Source of the DNA: an uncultured Candidatus Thioglobus sp.
GTDB lineage: Bacteria > Pseudomonadota > Gammaproteobacteria > PS1 > Pseudothioglobaceae
Assembly: GCA_905612405.1 (NCBI GenBank)
Contig: CAJQRX010000012.1
Coordinates: forward strand, 29,351-93,350
Direction of reading: 5' to 3'
Length of the DNA stretch: 64,000 bases
Shown: piece by piece, positions 1 through 8,747 of the stretch
Position numbering within the stretch: the first letter of the stretch is position 1
Layout of the letters: each line of letters starts with the position of its first letter
The notes under the pieces: generated by a model
Told to the model about the DNA's origin: nothing
Seen by the model: only the letters and a program-made list of their open reading frames with translations
Databases searched by the model: none
Program-made: the position numbers and the translations under genes

Positions 1-666
1 TCTAGTGAATTCTGTTGATTTAACTTTGATCTCTTCATCCAAATATATTTTATGTCTCTGAGGATAGGGATTCGTAAATTCAGACCAATACTTAAGCTCG
101 ACAAGAAGCTTGTGAGCATTTTCTGGAGTATTCTCAATAGATAAAGCATTCATTGCCTTACTATGCTTTGATTGATTTAGAGCGACCTGCTCGATTTCAT
201 GGATCCAAATAATGTCATCATTATCAAATACATTGTTATTTAAGTTGGCTATGCAGCTTTCTAAACTTTCTACTGCCAAAGCTTTTTCATTTCTTTGTGT
301 TTCAATTAATTTAACTTGCTCTAAAGGGCGAAGTACTAAAGAATCTTTAGACCAATAGAAATATAAACCGTCTTCAGACATTAAATAAACGCACCAAGCA
401 TTTTGGCTAGTAAAGTCATCATAAATCCACTCGGTTATTTCTTGAAGTGATAGTGACTCTTCTTCAAGATCATTGAGGATAATCATATCAGCTTGATTGC
501 ATTGGTCAGATACGTTTGAGAACTCTGGATGAATATAACGAAAGTCTTTTTCTCTCACTTTTTGTGATGATCCATCAGAAAAACTAACTTCGTACTTGTG
601 GGTAGTTGAGGCAACAATCTTTGCAGGCTTACCTTTGTATGCAACGAGTGCACCAATTATTGACAA
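1..666 (-). CDS. Probable ribonuclease II/RNB-domain family protein, N-terminal part (runs off window start)
   Basis: Not in ORF track. Open frame from TTG at 666 preceded by GGAG (MSIIGALVAYKGKPAKIV...KVREKDFRYIHP...TPENAHKLLVELKYWSEFTNPYPLR), resembling N-termini of RNB-family proteins; the catalytic domain lies outside the window. Confidence 0.55.
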   Translation of the reverse strand, partial: MSIIGALVAYKGKPAKIVASTTHKYEVSFSDGSSQKVREKDFRYIHPEFSNVSDQCNQADMIILNDLEEESLSLQEITEWIYDDFTSQNAWCVYLMSEDGLYFYWSKDSLVLRPLEQVKLIETQRNEKALAVESLESCIANLNNNVFDNDDIIWIHEIEQVALNQSKHSKAMNALSIENTPENAHKLLVELKYWSEFTNPYPQRHKIYLDEEIKVKSTEFTR

Positions 667-714
667 GAATTACTCCAATGTAAAGAATTTAAATACTCAA
701 AAATAGAGTTTATT

Positions 715-1377
715 TTAGAGCTTTGTCTGCTTTTCTTTAATATGTTTACTAATTAGTAATACAGTAATAACTATTAGTATCACAGTCAGACCAAGAGCTC
801 CAAATACTTTAAAGTTTACCCATTCTGCTTCAGCTTGTTGAGCAGCTAAACATAAACTCTCAATCGGCATTTGATTGCAATCTAAAGGTTTTAATTCTAT
901 TTTTTGACCAATTAGATTTGCACTTTCCATAAATTGCTCCTTTAAAGCAACTGCTGGGATGACATAAATATAAGCATTTACAAAAGCTATCCCCATAAAA
1001 CCAAAACCCCAAATCCATGATAGACGACTCCAAATAACTCTAGGAAGCTCAAGCTCTTTACCCATCATTCTTTCAAGCAATGTCTTACTTCCAACCCAGT
1101 TACTTCCAATCATTACAAGTGCAAATATTACGTAAGTGACACTCACCTTCCACATTAAGTATTTTACATCTCCTGTAAAAAGAGAAATTCCACCAAAAAC
1201 TATCAACAAAACAAAAGTAAGCACCTGAGAGGTCACAAACTTTCCGGTTGATAATCTTGTGTAGATGATTTGAGCAAGCGTTGATGCGATCATTGCGATT
1301 ATTGCAACATGCAAGTCATAGACTTTATAAGCTATAAAGAATATAAAAATTGGGCCAAAATCTAATAGAAACTTCAT
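715..1377 (-). CDS. yciB: Inner membrane protein YciB (intracellular septation protein A)
   Basis: MKFLLDFGPIFIFF start, GGISL..D..YLMWK, WVNFKVFG motifs. Confidence 0.9.
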   Translation of the reverse strand: MKFLLDFGPIFIFFIAYKVYDLHVAIIAMIASTLAQIIYTRLSTGKFVTSQVLTFVLLIVFGGISLFTGDVKYLMWKVSVTYVIFALVMIGSNWVGSKTLLERMMGKELELPRVIWSRLSWIWGFGFMGIAFVNAYIYVIPAVALKEQFMESANLIGQKIELKPLDCNQMPIESLCLAAQQAEAEWVNFKVFGALGLTVILIVITVLLISKHIKEKQTKL

Positions 1378-1381
1378 TTAG

Positions 1382-1588
1382 TTACTCCGAATGCTCTTTT
1401 GAGCAAAAAATTTTACCATTTTTAATAATCGCATCTGACTCTGGAACGTGGGTATTGCAAACAGAACATGCAAGCATTTTTTGTCCGGCTTCAGTCTTTA
1501 CATATTTAGATGAATTAGGATTAATAAACTTTTTAAAAAGAGAAATACCAACCCAGCCCAAAAGTAATACTAATATTAGTTTAATCAA
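1382..1588 (-). CDS. PP0621-family small membrane-anchored Cys-rich protein
   Basis: N-terminal TM helix, then MLACSVCNTHVP...FCSKEH. Confidence 0.7.
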   Translation of the reverse strand: MIKLILVLLLGWVGISLFKKFINPNSSKYVKTEAGQKMLACSVCNTHVPESDAIIKNGKIFCSKEHSE

Positions 1589-1768
1589 AGGAACAGCCTC
1601 AAGAAATTTGAATCGATAAAAAGATAAATTTTACATAAATAATTTATCTTTCTGGGTTAAAGGTTAAATAGTGCCATTAATATTTACTATTTGACAGCTT
1701 TTCTTAATGAATAATTGATAAAAAAATATTATCGATAGTATATAATTTCTCGTTCTTAATACCTCTTA

Positions 1769-1856
1769 GCCCGGATGGTGAAATTGGTAGACACACAGGA
1801 CTTAAAATCCTGCGCCTTTAACGGGCGTGCCGGTTCGATTCCGGCTCCGGGCACCA
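1769..1856 (+). tRNA. tRNA-Leu (TAA)
   Basis: GCCCGGA/TCCGGGC acceptor stem, anticodon arm CAGGA-CTTAAAA-TCCTG, long variable arm, GGTTCGATTCC T arm, encoded CCA. Confidence 0.97.
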
Positions 1857-2367
1857 TCTACTTGATCCTACCTAAACTTCTCCTAAATAAACCACCTATA
1901 GAAAATTCTTTTTAGTAGTTCAAAATTAACTATAAAAAATATAAAATAATGGTAATATCATAATCGTTTTCAACTATATGACTGTTCTTATGGGTGAAAA
2001 AGTAGAAGACTAAAAAATGTTTTTCTTGAAAAGGATAGCTTTAAACTGTTCTTTATTTTATGGTCACCTTAAAATATATAATTAAATTTTTGATTAGCTC
2101 TTTTCATACTAAATAAAATTCATCTATATCTAATTCATAATATGATTTGAAGTGATATTAGAAACATTCATTTAATTATGTATGGTATATTTCATTTATA
2201 TTATGTAAATTTCAGTTGGATTAGGCTCAATTTAGCCTCTATCCAGGGCTCTAAATAGGTAGTATAGATAAAACCCATAAGCTTAATATAACGTAATTAT
2301 TTAGTAACTAAAACTGACGGTCACAAGCCGCCTTTTTGTATTTTTTTTGTTTAAAAAGTGTCTATTT

Positions 2368-3492
2368 ATGAGTAAAGATAAAACAAGTAAAGAGCCAAAG
2401 TTGAAAAGCATGGAAGAACCGCTAGTAAAGTTTAAAAATGTACAAAAAAGTTATGATGGAGAAATACTTGTTGTTAAAGATTTCAACTTAGACGTCGCAC
2501 CTGGTGAGTTTGTTACAATGCTAGGGCCATCTGGCTCTGGAAAAACAACCTGCCTAATGATGCTTGCGGGCTTTGAACCAACAACTAATGGCACAATCTA
2601 TTTAAAAGGAAAACCAATTAATAACGTACCTCCTCACAAACGAGGTATTGGTATGGTATTTCAAAACTACGCCCTCTTCCCACACATGACGGTTGCTGAA
2701 AATTTATCGTTCCCGCTTGAAGTTCGTAAAATGGGTAAGACTGAAAGAGAAGCAAAAGTTAATCGTGCTCTTGATATGGTTCAGCTCGGTGAATTTGGTC
2801 AAAGACGGCCAATGCAGTTATCAGGTGGTCAGCAGCAAAGAGTTGCTGTTGCAAGATCTCTTGTATTTGATCCTGATTTAGTTTTAATGGACGAACCTTT
2901 AGGTGCACTTGATAAAAACTTAAGAGAGCAAATGCAGTATGAAATCAAGCACCTTCACGAAAGTCTTGGATTAACTGTCGTCTATGTAACACATGACCAA
3001 ACTGAAGCGCTGACAATGTCGAATCGTATTGCAGTTTTTAATGATGGCGTGGTTCTTCAATGTTCTTCCCCAGAAGATCTTTATGAAAAACCTGAAAACT
3101 CATTTGTTGCAAACTTCATTGGTGAAAATAATCGCCTAATGGGAACTGTTGAAGCCATCAAAGGAAATATAGCCACAGTAAAGACAGACTCTGGAGATGT
3201 TGTTGTTGCCACTAAGGTTAATGTTGGCAAGGTTGGAGATCGCGCCACATTATCATTAAGGCCAGAGCGCATAATAGTTGCGCCAAAAAAAGGTAAAACT
3301 CCAAACACTTATTCAGCCAAGGTAGAGGAACTCATCTATCATGGTGACCATATTCGCACGCGCTTTAGTGTGTGTGGACACGACGATTTTATCGTCAAAA
3401 TTCCTAATTCAATCGATAATGTTGACCTCAAAAAAGGTAAACAAGTTGATATTGGTTGGATGTCGGAAGATTGTCTAGCTCTAGATGGTTAG
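2368..3492 (+). CDS. potA: PotA-family (polyamine-type) ABC transporter ATP-binding protein
   Basis: GPSGSGKT, LSGGQQQR, MDEPLGALD, FQNYALFPHMTV; start uncertain (ATG 2368 or 2410). Confidence 0.88.
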   Translation: MSKDKTSKEPKLKSMEEPLVKFKNVQKSYDGEILVVKDFNLDVAPGEFVTMLGPSGSGKTTCLMMLAGFEPTTNGTIYLKGKPINNVPPHKRGIGMVFQNYALFPHMTVAENLSFPLEVRKMGKTEREAKVNRALDMVQLGEFGQRRPMQLSGGQQQRVAVARSLVFDPDLVLMDEPLGALDKNLREQMQYEIKHLHESLGLTVVYVTHDQTEALTMSNRIAVFNDGVVLQCSSPEDLYEKPENSFVANFIGENNRLMGTVEAIKGNIATVKTDSGDVVVATKVNVGKVGDRATLSLRPERIIVAPKKGKTPNTYSAKVEELIYHGDHIRTRFSVCGHDDFIVKIPNSIDNVDLKKGKQVDIGWMSEDCLALDG

Positions 3493-3520
3493 AGATTAGA
3501 CTTAACTTTAGGAGAAATAT

Positions 3521-4606
3521 ATGAAAAATGTAATAACAAAAACTCTTGTTGCGGGTGCTATTTCAACAGCGATGTTGGCTGGTGCAGTCCAAGCAGAAGT
3601 AACTTTGGTTTCTTGGGGTGGTGGCTATTCAGCTTCACAACAAAAAGCTTACGTTGACACTTACTCAAGTGGAGATGTAAATATGATCAGTTACAACGGT
3701 GGTTTGGGTGAGGTTCGTGCTCAAGTTGAATCTGGTAGTGTTCAGTGGGATATCGTTGACGTACTTGCGTCTGATGCTCGTATTGGTTGTGATGAGGGTC
3801 TTTTCGAAGAGCTAGATCGCAGCATGTTCCTACCTTCGCCTGATGGCGTATCAATGGATGATGATACTATGGTACCTGTCCCAAATGATTGCGTAGTTCC
3901 GCAAATTTGGTGGTCATACGTACCTTTCCACAAGGCTGATACTTTCTCAGGTGATCAACCATCAACTATGCAAGACTTCTTTGATGTAGAAAAGTTCCCA
4001 GGCAAGCGTGGTATTCACACTTGGGCTAGTGCTATAACAGAGATGGCATTGTATGCTGACGGTGTTGCTATTGATGATATCTATGATGTATTAAGTACTC
4101 AAGCAGGACAAGATCGTGCTTTCGCTAAACTTGACACAATCAAAGATCACGTAGTATTTTGGTCTTCAGGTGCTAAGCCACTAGATCTAATTAATTCTGG
4201 TGAAGTTTCTATGTCACTAGCTTATAACGGTCGTATTGGTGGTGCTGTTCTTAATGATGGCGCTGACTATGTTACTGTATGGGATGGACAAGTACTTGAA
4301 GAGGAATGGTTAGTTCTTCTTAAAGGTGCTCCAAACCGTGCTGCAGCTATGCACTTCTTAGTTCATGCTTCTAGTTCTCAAGCACAAGCAGATCAAGCTA
4401 AATGGATCAACTACGGTCCTATGCGTACATCTGGTCTTGATATTATGCAAGCAGGCGAGCCATGGTTCAATACTGGTGTGACTATCATGGAGCATATGCC
4501 TAATACTGATGAGCATATGGCTGGTGGTATTCTTGCTAATCCTGAATGGTGGGCAGATAATGGTCAAGCGGTAAATGATCGTTATGCAGCTTGGATGGCT
4601 CAATAA
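3521..4606 (+). CDS. PotD/PotF-like ABC substrate-binding protein
   Basis: Signal peptide, SWGGGYSASQ, DFFDVEKFPGKRG, AYNGR; GGAG RBS; substrate not established. Confidence 0.85.
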   Translation: MKNVITKTLVAGAISTAMLAGAVQAEVTLVSWGGGYSASQQKAYVDTYSSGDVNMISYNGGLGEVRAQVESGSVQWDIVDVLASDARIGCDEGLFEELDRSMFLPSPDGVSMDDDTMVPVPNDCVVPQIWWSYVPFHKADTFSGDQPSTMQDFFDVEKFPGKRGIHTWASAITEMALYADGVAIDDIYDVLSTQAGQDRAFAKLDTIKDHVVFWSSGAKPLDLINSGEVSMSLAYNGRIGGAVLNDGADYVTVWDGQVLEEEWLVLLKGAPNRAAAMHFLVHASSSQAQADQAKWINYGPMRTSGLDIMQAGEPWFNTGVTIMEHMPNTDEHMAGGILANPEWWADNGQAVNDRYAAWMAQ

Positions 4607-4618
4607 GTAGCTGACCAA

Positions 4619-4680
4619 AAAACGAGTTTTATTAATCTCGTTTAATAAAACAGGTCGGTTTTTATAACGACCTGTTTTTA
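4619..4680 (+). terminator. Two tandem hairpins (terminator/mRNA-stabilising) after the substrate-binding gene
   Basis: AAACGAG..CTCGTTT followed by AAAACAGGTCG..CGACCTGTTTT. Confidence 0.7.
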
Positions 4681-4725
4681 TTTCTTAAAAACTAACAAGC
4701 AAGTTATAGATTTAATAAATACTTT

Positions 4726-6120
4726 ATGAGTGATACTTCGATAACAAATTCTCAAGAGCTATTACTAACGAACGATGGCGTCCCTCTTAAAGTAAGCTTA
4801 CGCAAATCTTTACGTAGAACAAAAATTCGCTCTTTTCTGTTAATTCTACCCCCACTATTATTCCTATTATTAATGTTTGTAACGCCTATAGGCTCGCTTC
4901 TATCAAGAAGTGTTGATGACATCGCCATTAATAAAGTATTTCCACAAACATTTGCTCAGTACGAGTTATGGGAAGATAAGTCCCAACTCCCTAGTGAAGA
5001 AATGTTTGCCGCAGTTGTAAACGATATTAGAGTCACAATCAAAGTTAAAGATGATGAAGGAATTGATATTGGTAAGAATTTACTTGGTAGATCTGGTACT
5101 CGGATGACTTATGAGTACTCTGGATGGAAAAGTTTAATATCAAAGACAATTAAATCAGCTTTAAAAGTTGATAAAAAATCAAAAGAAGAAGTAAAGCCCT
5201 TTATATGGGAAGCGCCTTTCAAAGATAAGATGATTAAAAGAGACAAGCGTTGGGCTAAAGTTGAATTCTGGCAATCATTAGGCGCTATGAAAGATCCCTA
5301 TACAATGGGTTATTATCTTAATGCTGTTGACTTAAAGTTTGATGCTAATAAAAATATTATTCAGAAGGAAGAGTATTTAAAAATTTATAATACAATTTGG
5401 ATTAGAACTCTCCAAGTGAGCTTAATGGTGACTATTTTCTGTTTACTGCTTGCCTATCCAGTTGCTTATTTACTAGCAACACTTCCAATGAAAACATCAA
5501 ATCTACTAATGATATGCGTATTGATGCCATTTTGGACATCGCTCCTAGTAAGAATTGTTGCTTGGATGATTATGCTTCAACAAAATGGTGTTGTTAATGA
5601 CACTTTAATGTACATCCTACCTTGCTTTGAGGGAATGGTGAACCTGCCATTTTTTGGTGCTACCAATATTGATCTTTGTTTTAGTGATGAAGATCGACTA
5701 CCTATGATGTACAACTTTACTGGAACCATTATTGTAATGACGCAGGTACTTCTGCCATTTATGATTTTGCCAATCTATAGTGTTATGAAAGGTATTCCAC
5801 CAAGCTATATGAAGGCAGCTCAAAATCTGGGCGCCACTCCTACTCGAGCCTTTATTCGTGTTTATATGCCACAATCAGTTCCAGGTATTGGTGCTGGATG
5901 CATATTAGTATTTATTGTTGCTATTGGCTACTACATCACTCCAGAATTGGTTGGCGGAAAAGATGGAATAATGATTGGTAACTTTGTTGCGCGTGAAATG
6001 CAGCGAACATTGAATTGGGGTCTTGCCGCTGCTATGGGAGCAATTCTTCTAGCTGCAGTTTTGGTTCTATATTGGGCATATGATAGACTCATTGGCCTTG
6101 ATAACTTAAAAATGGGTTAG
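4726..6120 (+). CDS. PotB-like ABC permease with large periplasmic insertion
   Basis: PFWTSLLVR, LPFMILPIY, AAQNLGATP (EAA loop), NWGLAAA. Confidence 0.87.
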   Translation: MSDTSITNSQELLLTNDGVPLKVSLRKSLRRTKIRSFLLILPPLLFLLLMFVTPIGSLLSRSVDDIAINKVFPQTFAQYELWEDKSQLPSEEMFAAVVNDIRVTIKVKDDEGIDIGKNLLGRSGTRMTYEYSGWKSLISKTIKSALKVDKKSKEEVKPFIWEAPFKDKMIKRDKRWAKVEFWQSLGAMKDPYTMGYYLNAVDLKFDANKNIIQKEEYLKIYNTIWIRTLQVSLMVTIFCLLLAYPVAYLLATLPMKTSNLLMICVLMPFWTSLLVRIVAWMIMLQQNGVVNDTLMYILPCFEGMVNLPFFGATNIDLCFSDEDRLPMMYNFTGTIIVMTQVLLPFMILPIYSVMKGIPPSYMKAAQNLGATPTRAFIRVYMPQSVPGIGAGCILVFIVAIGYYITPELVGGKDGIMIGNFVAREMQRTLNWGLAAAMGAILLAAVLVLYWAYDRLIGLDNLKMG

Positions 6121-6122
6121 TA

Positions 6123-7028
6123 ATGAAATTTCCTGCTTACACAACACCTCGAGAAAAACTTTGGCACTATTCTTATAGAATATTTTGTGGTCTTGTACTA
6201 TTTTTCCTAGTTGCGCCGCTCATTGTTGTTATTCCACTATCATTTACTAATTCAGTTTTCCTCCAATTTGGCCCCGAAATGAAATTCTTTAGCTTTGAGA
6301 CTTGGTCTTTTAACTTTGATGGCTATGGAACTCGTTGGTACAAAGAAATGTTTGGTATTTGTTCTGAAAATTCAGGAACAACAGTGTGCACAGACAGATG
6401 GATGATTGGCTTTAAAAATAGTGCTATCATTGCAATTTTTGCCACTTTCTTTGCAAGTGTCTTAGGCACATTAGCTGCTCTTGGTTTGTCTAATAGACAT
6501 ATGCCGTTTAATCGATTAATAATGGCGCTCATGATTTCTCCAATGATCGTCCCGCTCATCATTACTGCAGCTGGAATGTTTTTCTTTTTTGCTAAAGTTA
6601 ACCTAGTTGCAACATTACCAGGGCTTATTATTGCCCATACTATTTTAGGAATACCATTTGTTGTCATAACAGTCTCTGCCTCACTATCTGGATTTGATAA
6701 TAACTTGCTGCGCGCTGCTTCTAGCTTAGGCGGAACACCGTTAAGAAATTTTTTCAAAATTCAAGCGCCTCTAATTGCTCCAGGTGTTATTGCAGGTGGT
6801 CTATTTGCATTTATTACCTCGTTTGATGAGGTCGTTATTGTTCTTTTTGTTGGTGGCCCTGATCAATACACACTGCCAAGACAGATGTGGTCAGGAATTC
6901 GTAATGAGATAAGTCCGACGATTCTAGCTGCTGCTACTCTTCTCGTTATTTTCTCTATTGTCTTGCTTTCCACACTTGAATGGCTTCGCCGTCGATCTGA
7001 GAAAATTCGCGGTATTACTCCCCACTAA
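6123..7028 (+). CDS. PotC-like ABC permease
   Basis: SPMIVPLII, AHTILGIPFV, AASSLGG, FITSFDEVV, TLPRQMW. Confidence 0.87.
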   Translation: MKFPAYTTPREKLWHYSYRIFCGLVLFFLVAPLIVVIPLSFTNSVFLQFGPEMKFFSFETWSFNFDGYGTRWYKEMFGICSENSGTTVCTDRWMIGFKNSAIIAIFATFFASVLGTLAALGLSNRHMPFNRLIMALMISPMIVPLIITAAGMFFFFAKVNLVATLPGLIIAHTILGIPFVVITVSASLSGFDNNLLRAASSLGGTPLRNFFKIQAPLIAPGVIAGGLFAFITSFDEVVIVLFVGGPDQYTLPRQMWSGIRNEISPTILAAATLLVIFSIVLLSTLEWLRRRSEKIRGITPH

Positions 7029-7077
7029 AGCTTTTAATTTTTATCCCGTTGTTGATTCTTAATGTATAGTCTCATTA

Positions 7078-8262
7078 ATGAAAAAAAACACTTCTTCTAA
7101 AAAGAATAAACAATCTTTAGTTTTTATTTCGTGCCTATTAATTACTTTTTGTATGGGCTCTATTCATGCATTTAGCACCCTAATAGAAAGTATTGAATTG
7201 CAAATTAATGCGGGAAGAATGGCATCAAGTCTTATCTATTCAACTGGGCTAATCTGCGTTACAGTTGCTGTTTTTTTTGGGCACACTATATACCGCAAGC
7301 TTTCTCCATCAATCATCATAGCTTTGATTGCAGCCCTCCCTTTAATTGGCGTCCTGATAACAAGTTCAAACAGCTGGATTGGGTGGATAGTTGGCTATGG
7401 TTTTTTCTTTGGATTTGCAAGTGGCTTAGGCTATGGTTTTTCACTTTACGCAGTATCCTCTATAACCTCAAATAATAAACTGGGCTTAGCACTTGGAGCT
7501 ATAACAGCATCCTATGCATTTGGCGCAGTTATTTTCTCTATGCTCTATCCATTACTATTTAGTTATTTTGACTTTTCAACTGGTTATTTGATTGGCGTCA
7601 TGGCCTTATCAGCACTAGTTATTATTGGCTTATTTATTTTTCGATTAGCAAATAAAAGCCTGGTTACAGAGACTAAACCCATTAGTAAAAATCCCAGTTT
7701 TAATGCAAAAATTATTAAGCTATGGTTCATTTTTTTCTTGGGAGTTTTTGCTGGCCTTATGACAATAGGACATGCAGTGCCAATTATTAATGCATCAGGG
7801 GGCTCACCCACCATTGCAATAACTGCTATCTCACTAATGGCTTTTGGAAGTGGAATTGCAGGCATATATGCTGGTTGGCTTGCAGATCGATTTGGCTGTA
7901 AGCGTCCTATTTTAGTATTATTAATTATTAATTCTATCGCCCTCTTAAGTCTTTTAATATTTACAAGTATTAACCTTTTACTAATTTTATTAGTTCTTAT
8001 CGCTTCTCTTTATGGAGCATTAATTGCAATTTACCCAACTCTAGTAAATCAAATATTTGGACCTGATTACTCGACATGGGCCTACGGAAGAATTTTTACT
8101 TCCTGGGGATTTGCAGGATTAGTTTCACCTTCTCTTGCTGGCTGGTTATTTGATCAATACAGCAACTACAATTCATCACTACTTATTGCATTTATTTTAT
8201 CCGTTATTGCTGGTTTAATGATTTGGAGTTTTAAATATGAGTTAAATAATTCATCACAATAA
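7078..8262 (+). CDS. MFS transporter, oxalate/formate antiporter (OFA)-like
   Basis: About 12 TM segments, GWLADRFG motif, GLGYG, YGRIFTSWG. Confidence 0.75.
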   Translation: MKKNTSSKKNKQSLVFISCLLITFCMGSIHAFSTLIESIELQINAGRMASSLIYSTGLICVTVAVFFGHTIYRKLSPSIIIALIAALPLIGVLITSSNSWIGWIVGYGFFFGFASGLGYGFSLYAVSSITSNNKLGLALGAITASYAFGAVIFSMLYPLLFSYFDFSTGYLIGVMALSALVIIGLFIFRLANKSLVTETKPISKNPSFNAKIIKLWFIFFLGVFAGLMTIGHAVPIINASGGSPTIAITAISLMAFGSGIAGIYAGWLADRFGCKRPILVLLIINSIALLSLLIFTSINLLLILLVLIASLYGALIAIYPTLVNQIFGPDYSTWAYGRIFTSWGFAGLVSPSLAGWLFDQYSNYNSSLLIAFILSVIAGLMIWSFKYELNNSSQ

Positions 8263-8335
8263 CTATTAAAGAGTTCTCCAAAAAAATACCCATCCATAAT
8301 ATAATTAAACTTATTAACTATTACGATTATTTATC

Positions 8336-8743
8336 ATGAAAAAACATATTATTTCAACTATCAAGGCGCCTGCTGCGGTGGGCACATATTCACAAGCTGT
8401 TGCTGTTACAGGAGGAACTACGATCTATCTTTCAGGTCAAATTCCCTTAGTTCCTGAAACAATGGAAGTAGTTGAAGGCGGCATTGAAGAGCAAATTCAT
8501 CAAGTGTTTAAGAATTTATCAGCCATGTGTCAAGAATCAAAAGGCAACTTAAGTGATATAGTTAAACTTAATATTTTCTTAACGGACCTAAGTAATTTTG
8601 CTACATTAAATGAAATTATGGCCACCTACTTTACGGAGCCTTATCCAGCGAGAGCAGCTATTGGTGTAAACGAACTCCCAAAAGGAGTGAGCGTTGAAAT
8701 GGATGGCGTAATGGTCACAAATTCAGACTCCTACAGTTTCTAA
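8336..8743 (+). CDS. ridA: RidA family enamine/imine deaminase
   Basis: [30 protein letters not shown]. Confidence 0.9.
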   Translation: MKKHIISTIKAPAAVGTYSQAVAVTGGTTIYLSGQIPLVPETMEVVEGGIEEQIHQVFKNLSAMCQESKGNLSDIVKLNIFLTDLSNFATLNEIMATYFTEPYPARAAIGVNELPKGVSVEMDGVMVTNSDSYSF

Positions 8744-8747
8744 TTTT

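Noticed and set aside
1350-1619. 89-aa plus-strand ORF and other short antisense ORFs in the track
   Set aside because: They overlap recognisable genes on the opposite strand or frame and have no motifs or RBS.
1769-8262. Integrated element at tRNA-Leu
   Set aside because: No duplicated tRNA 3' end or integrase seen downstream.
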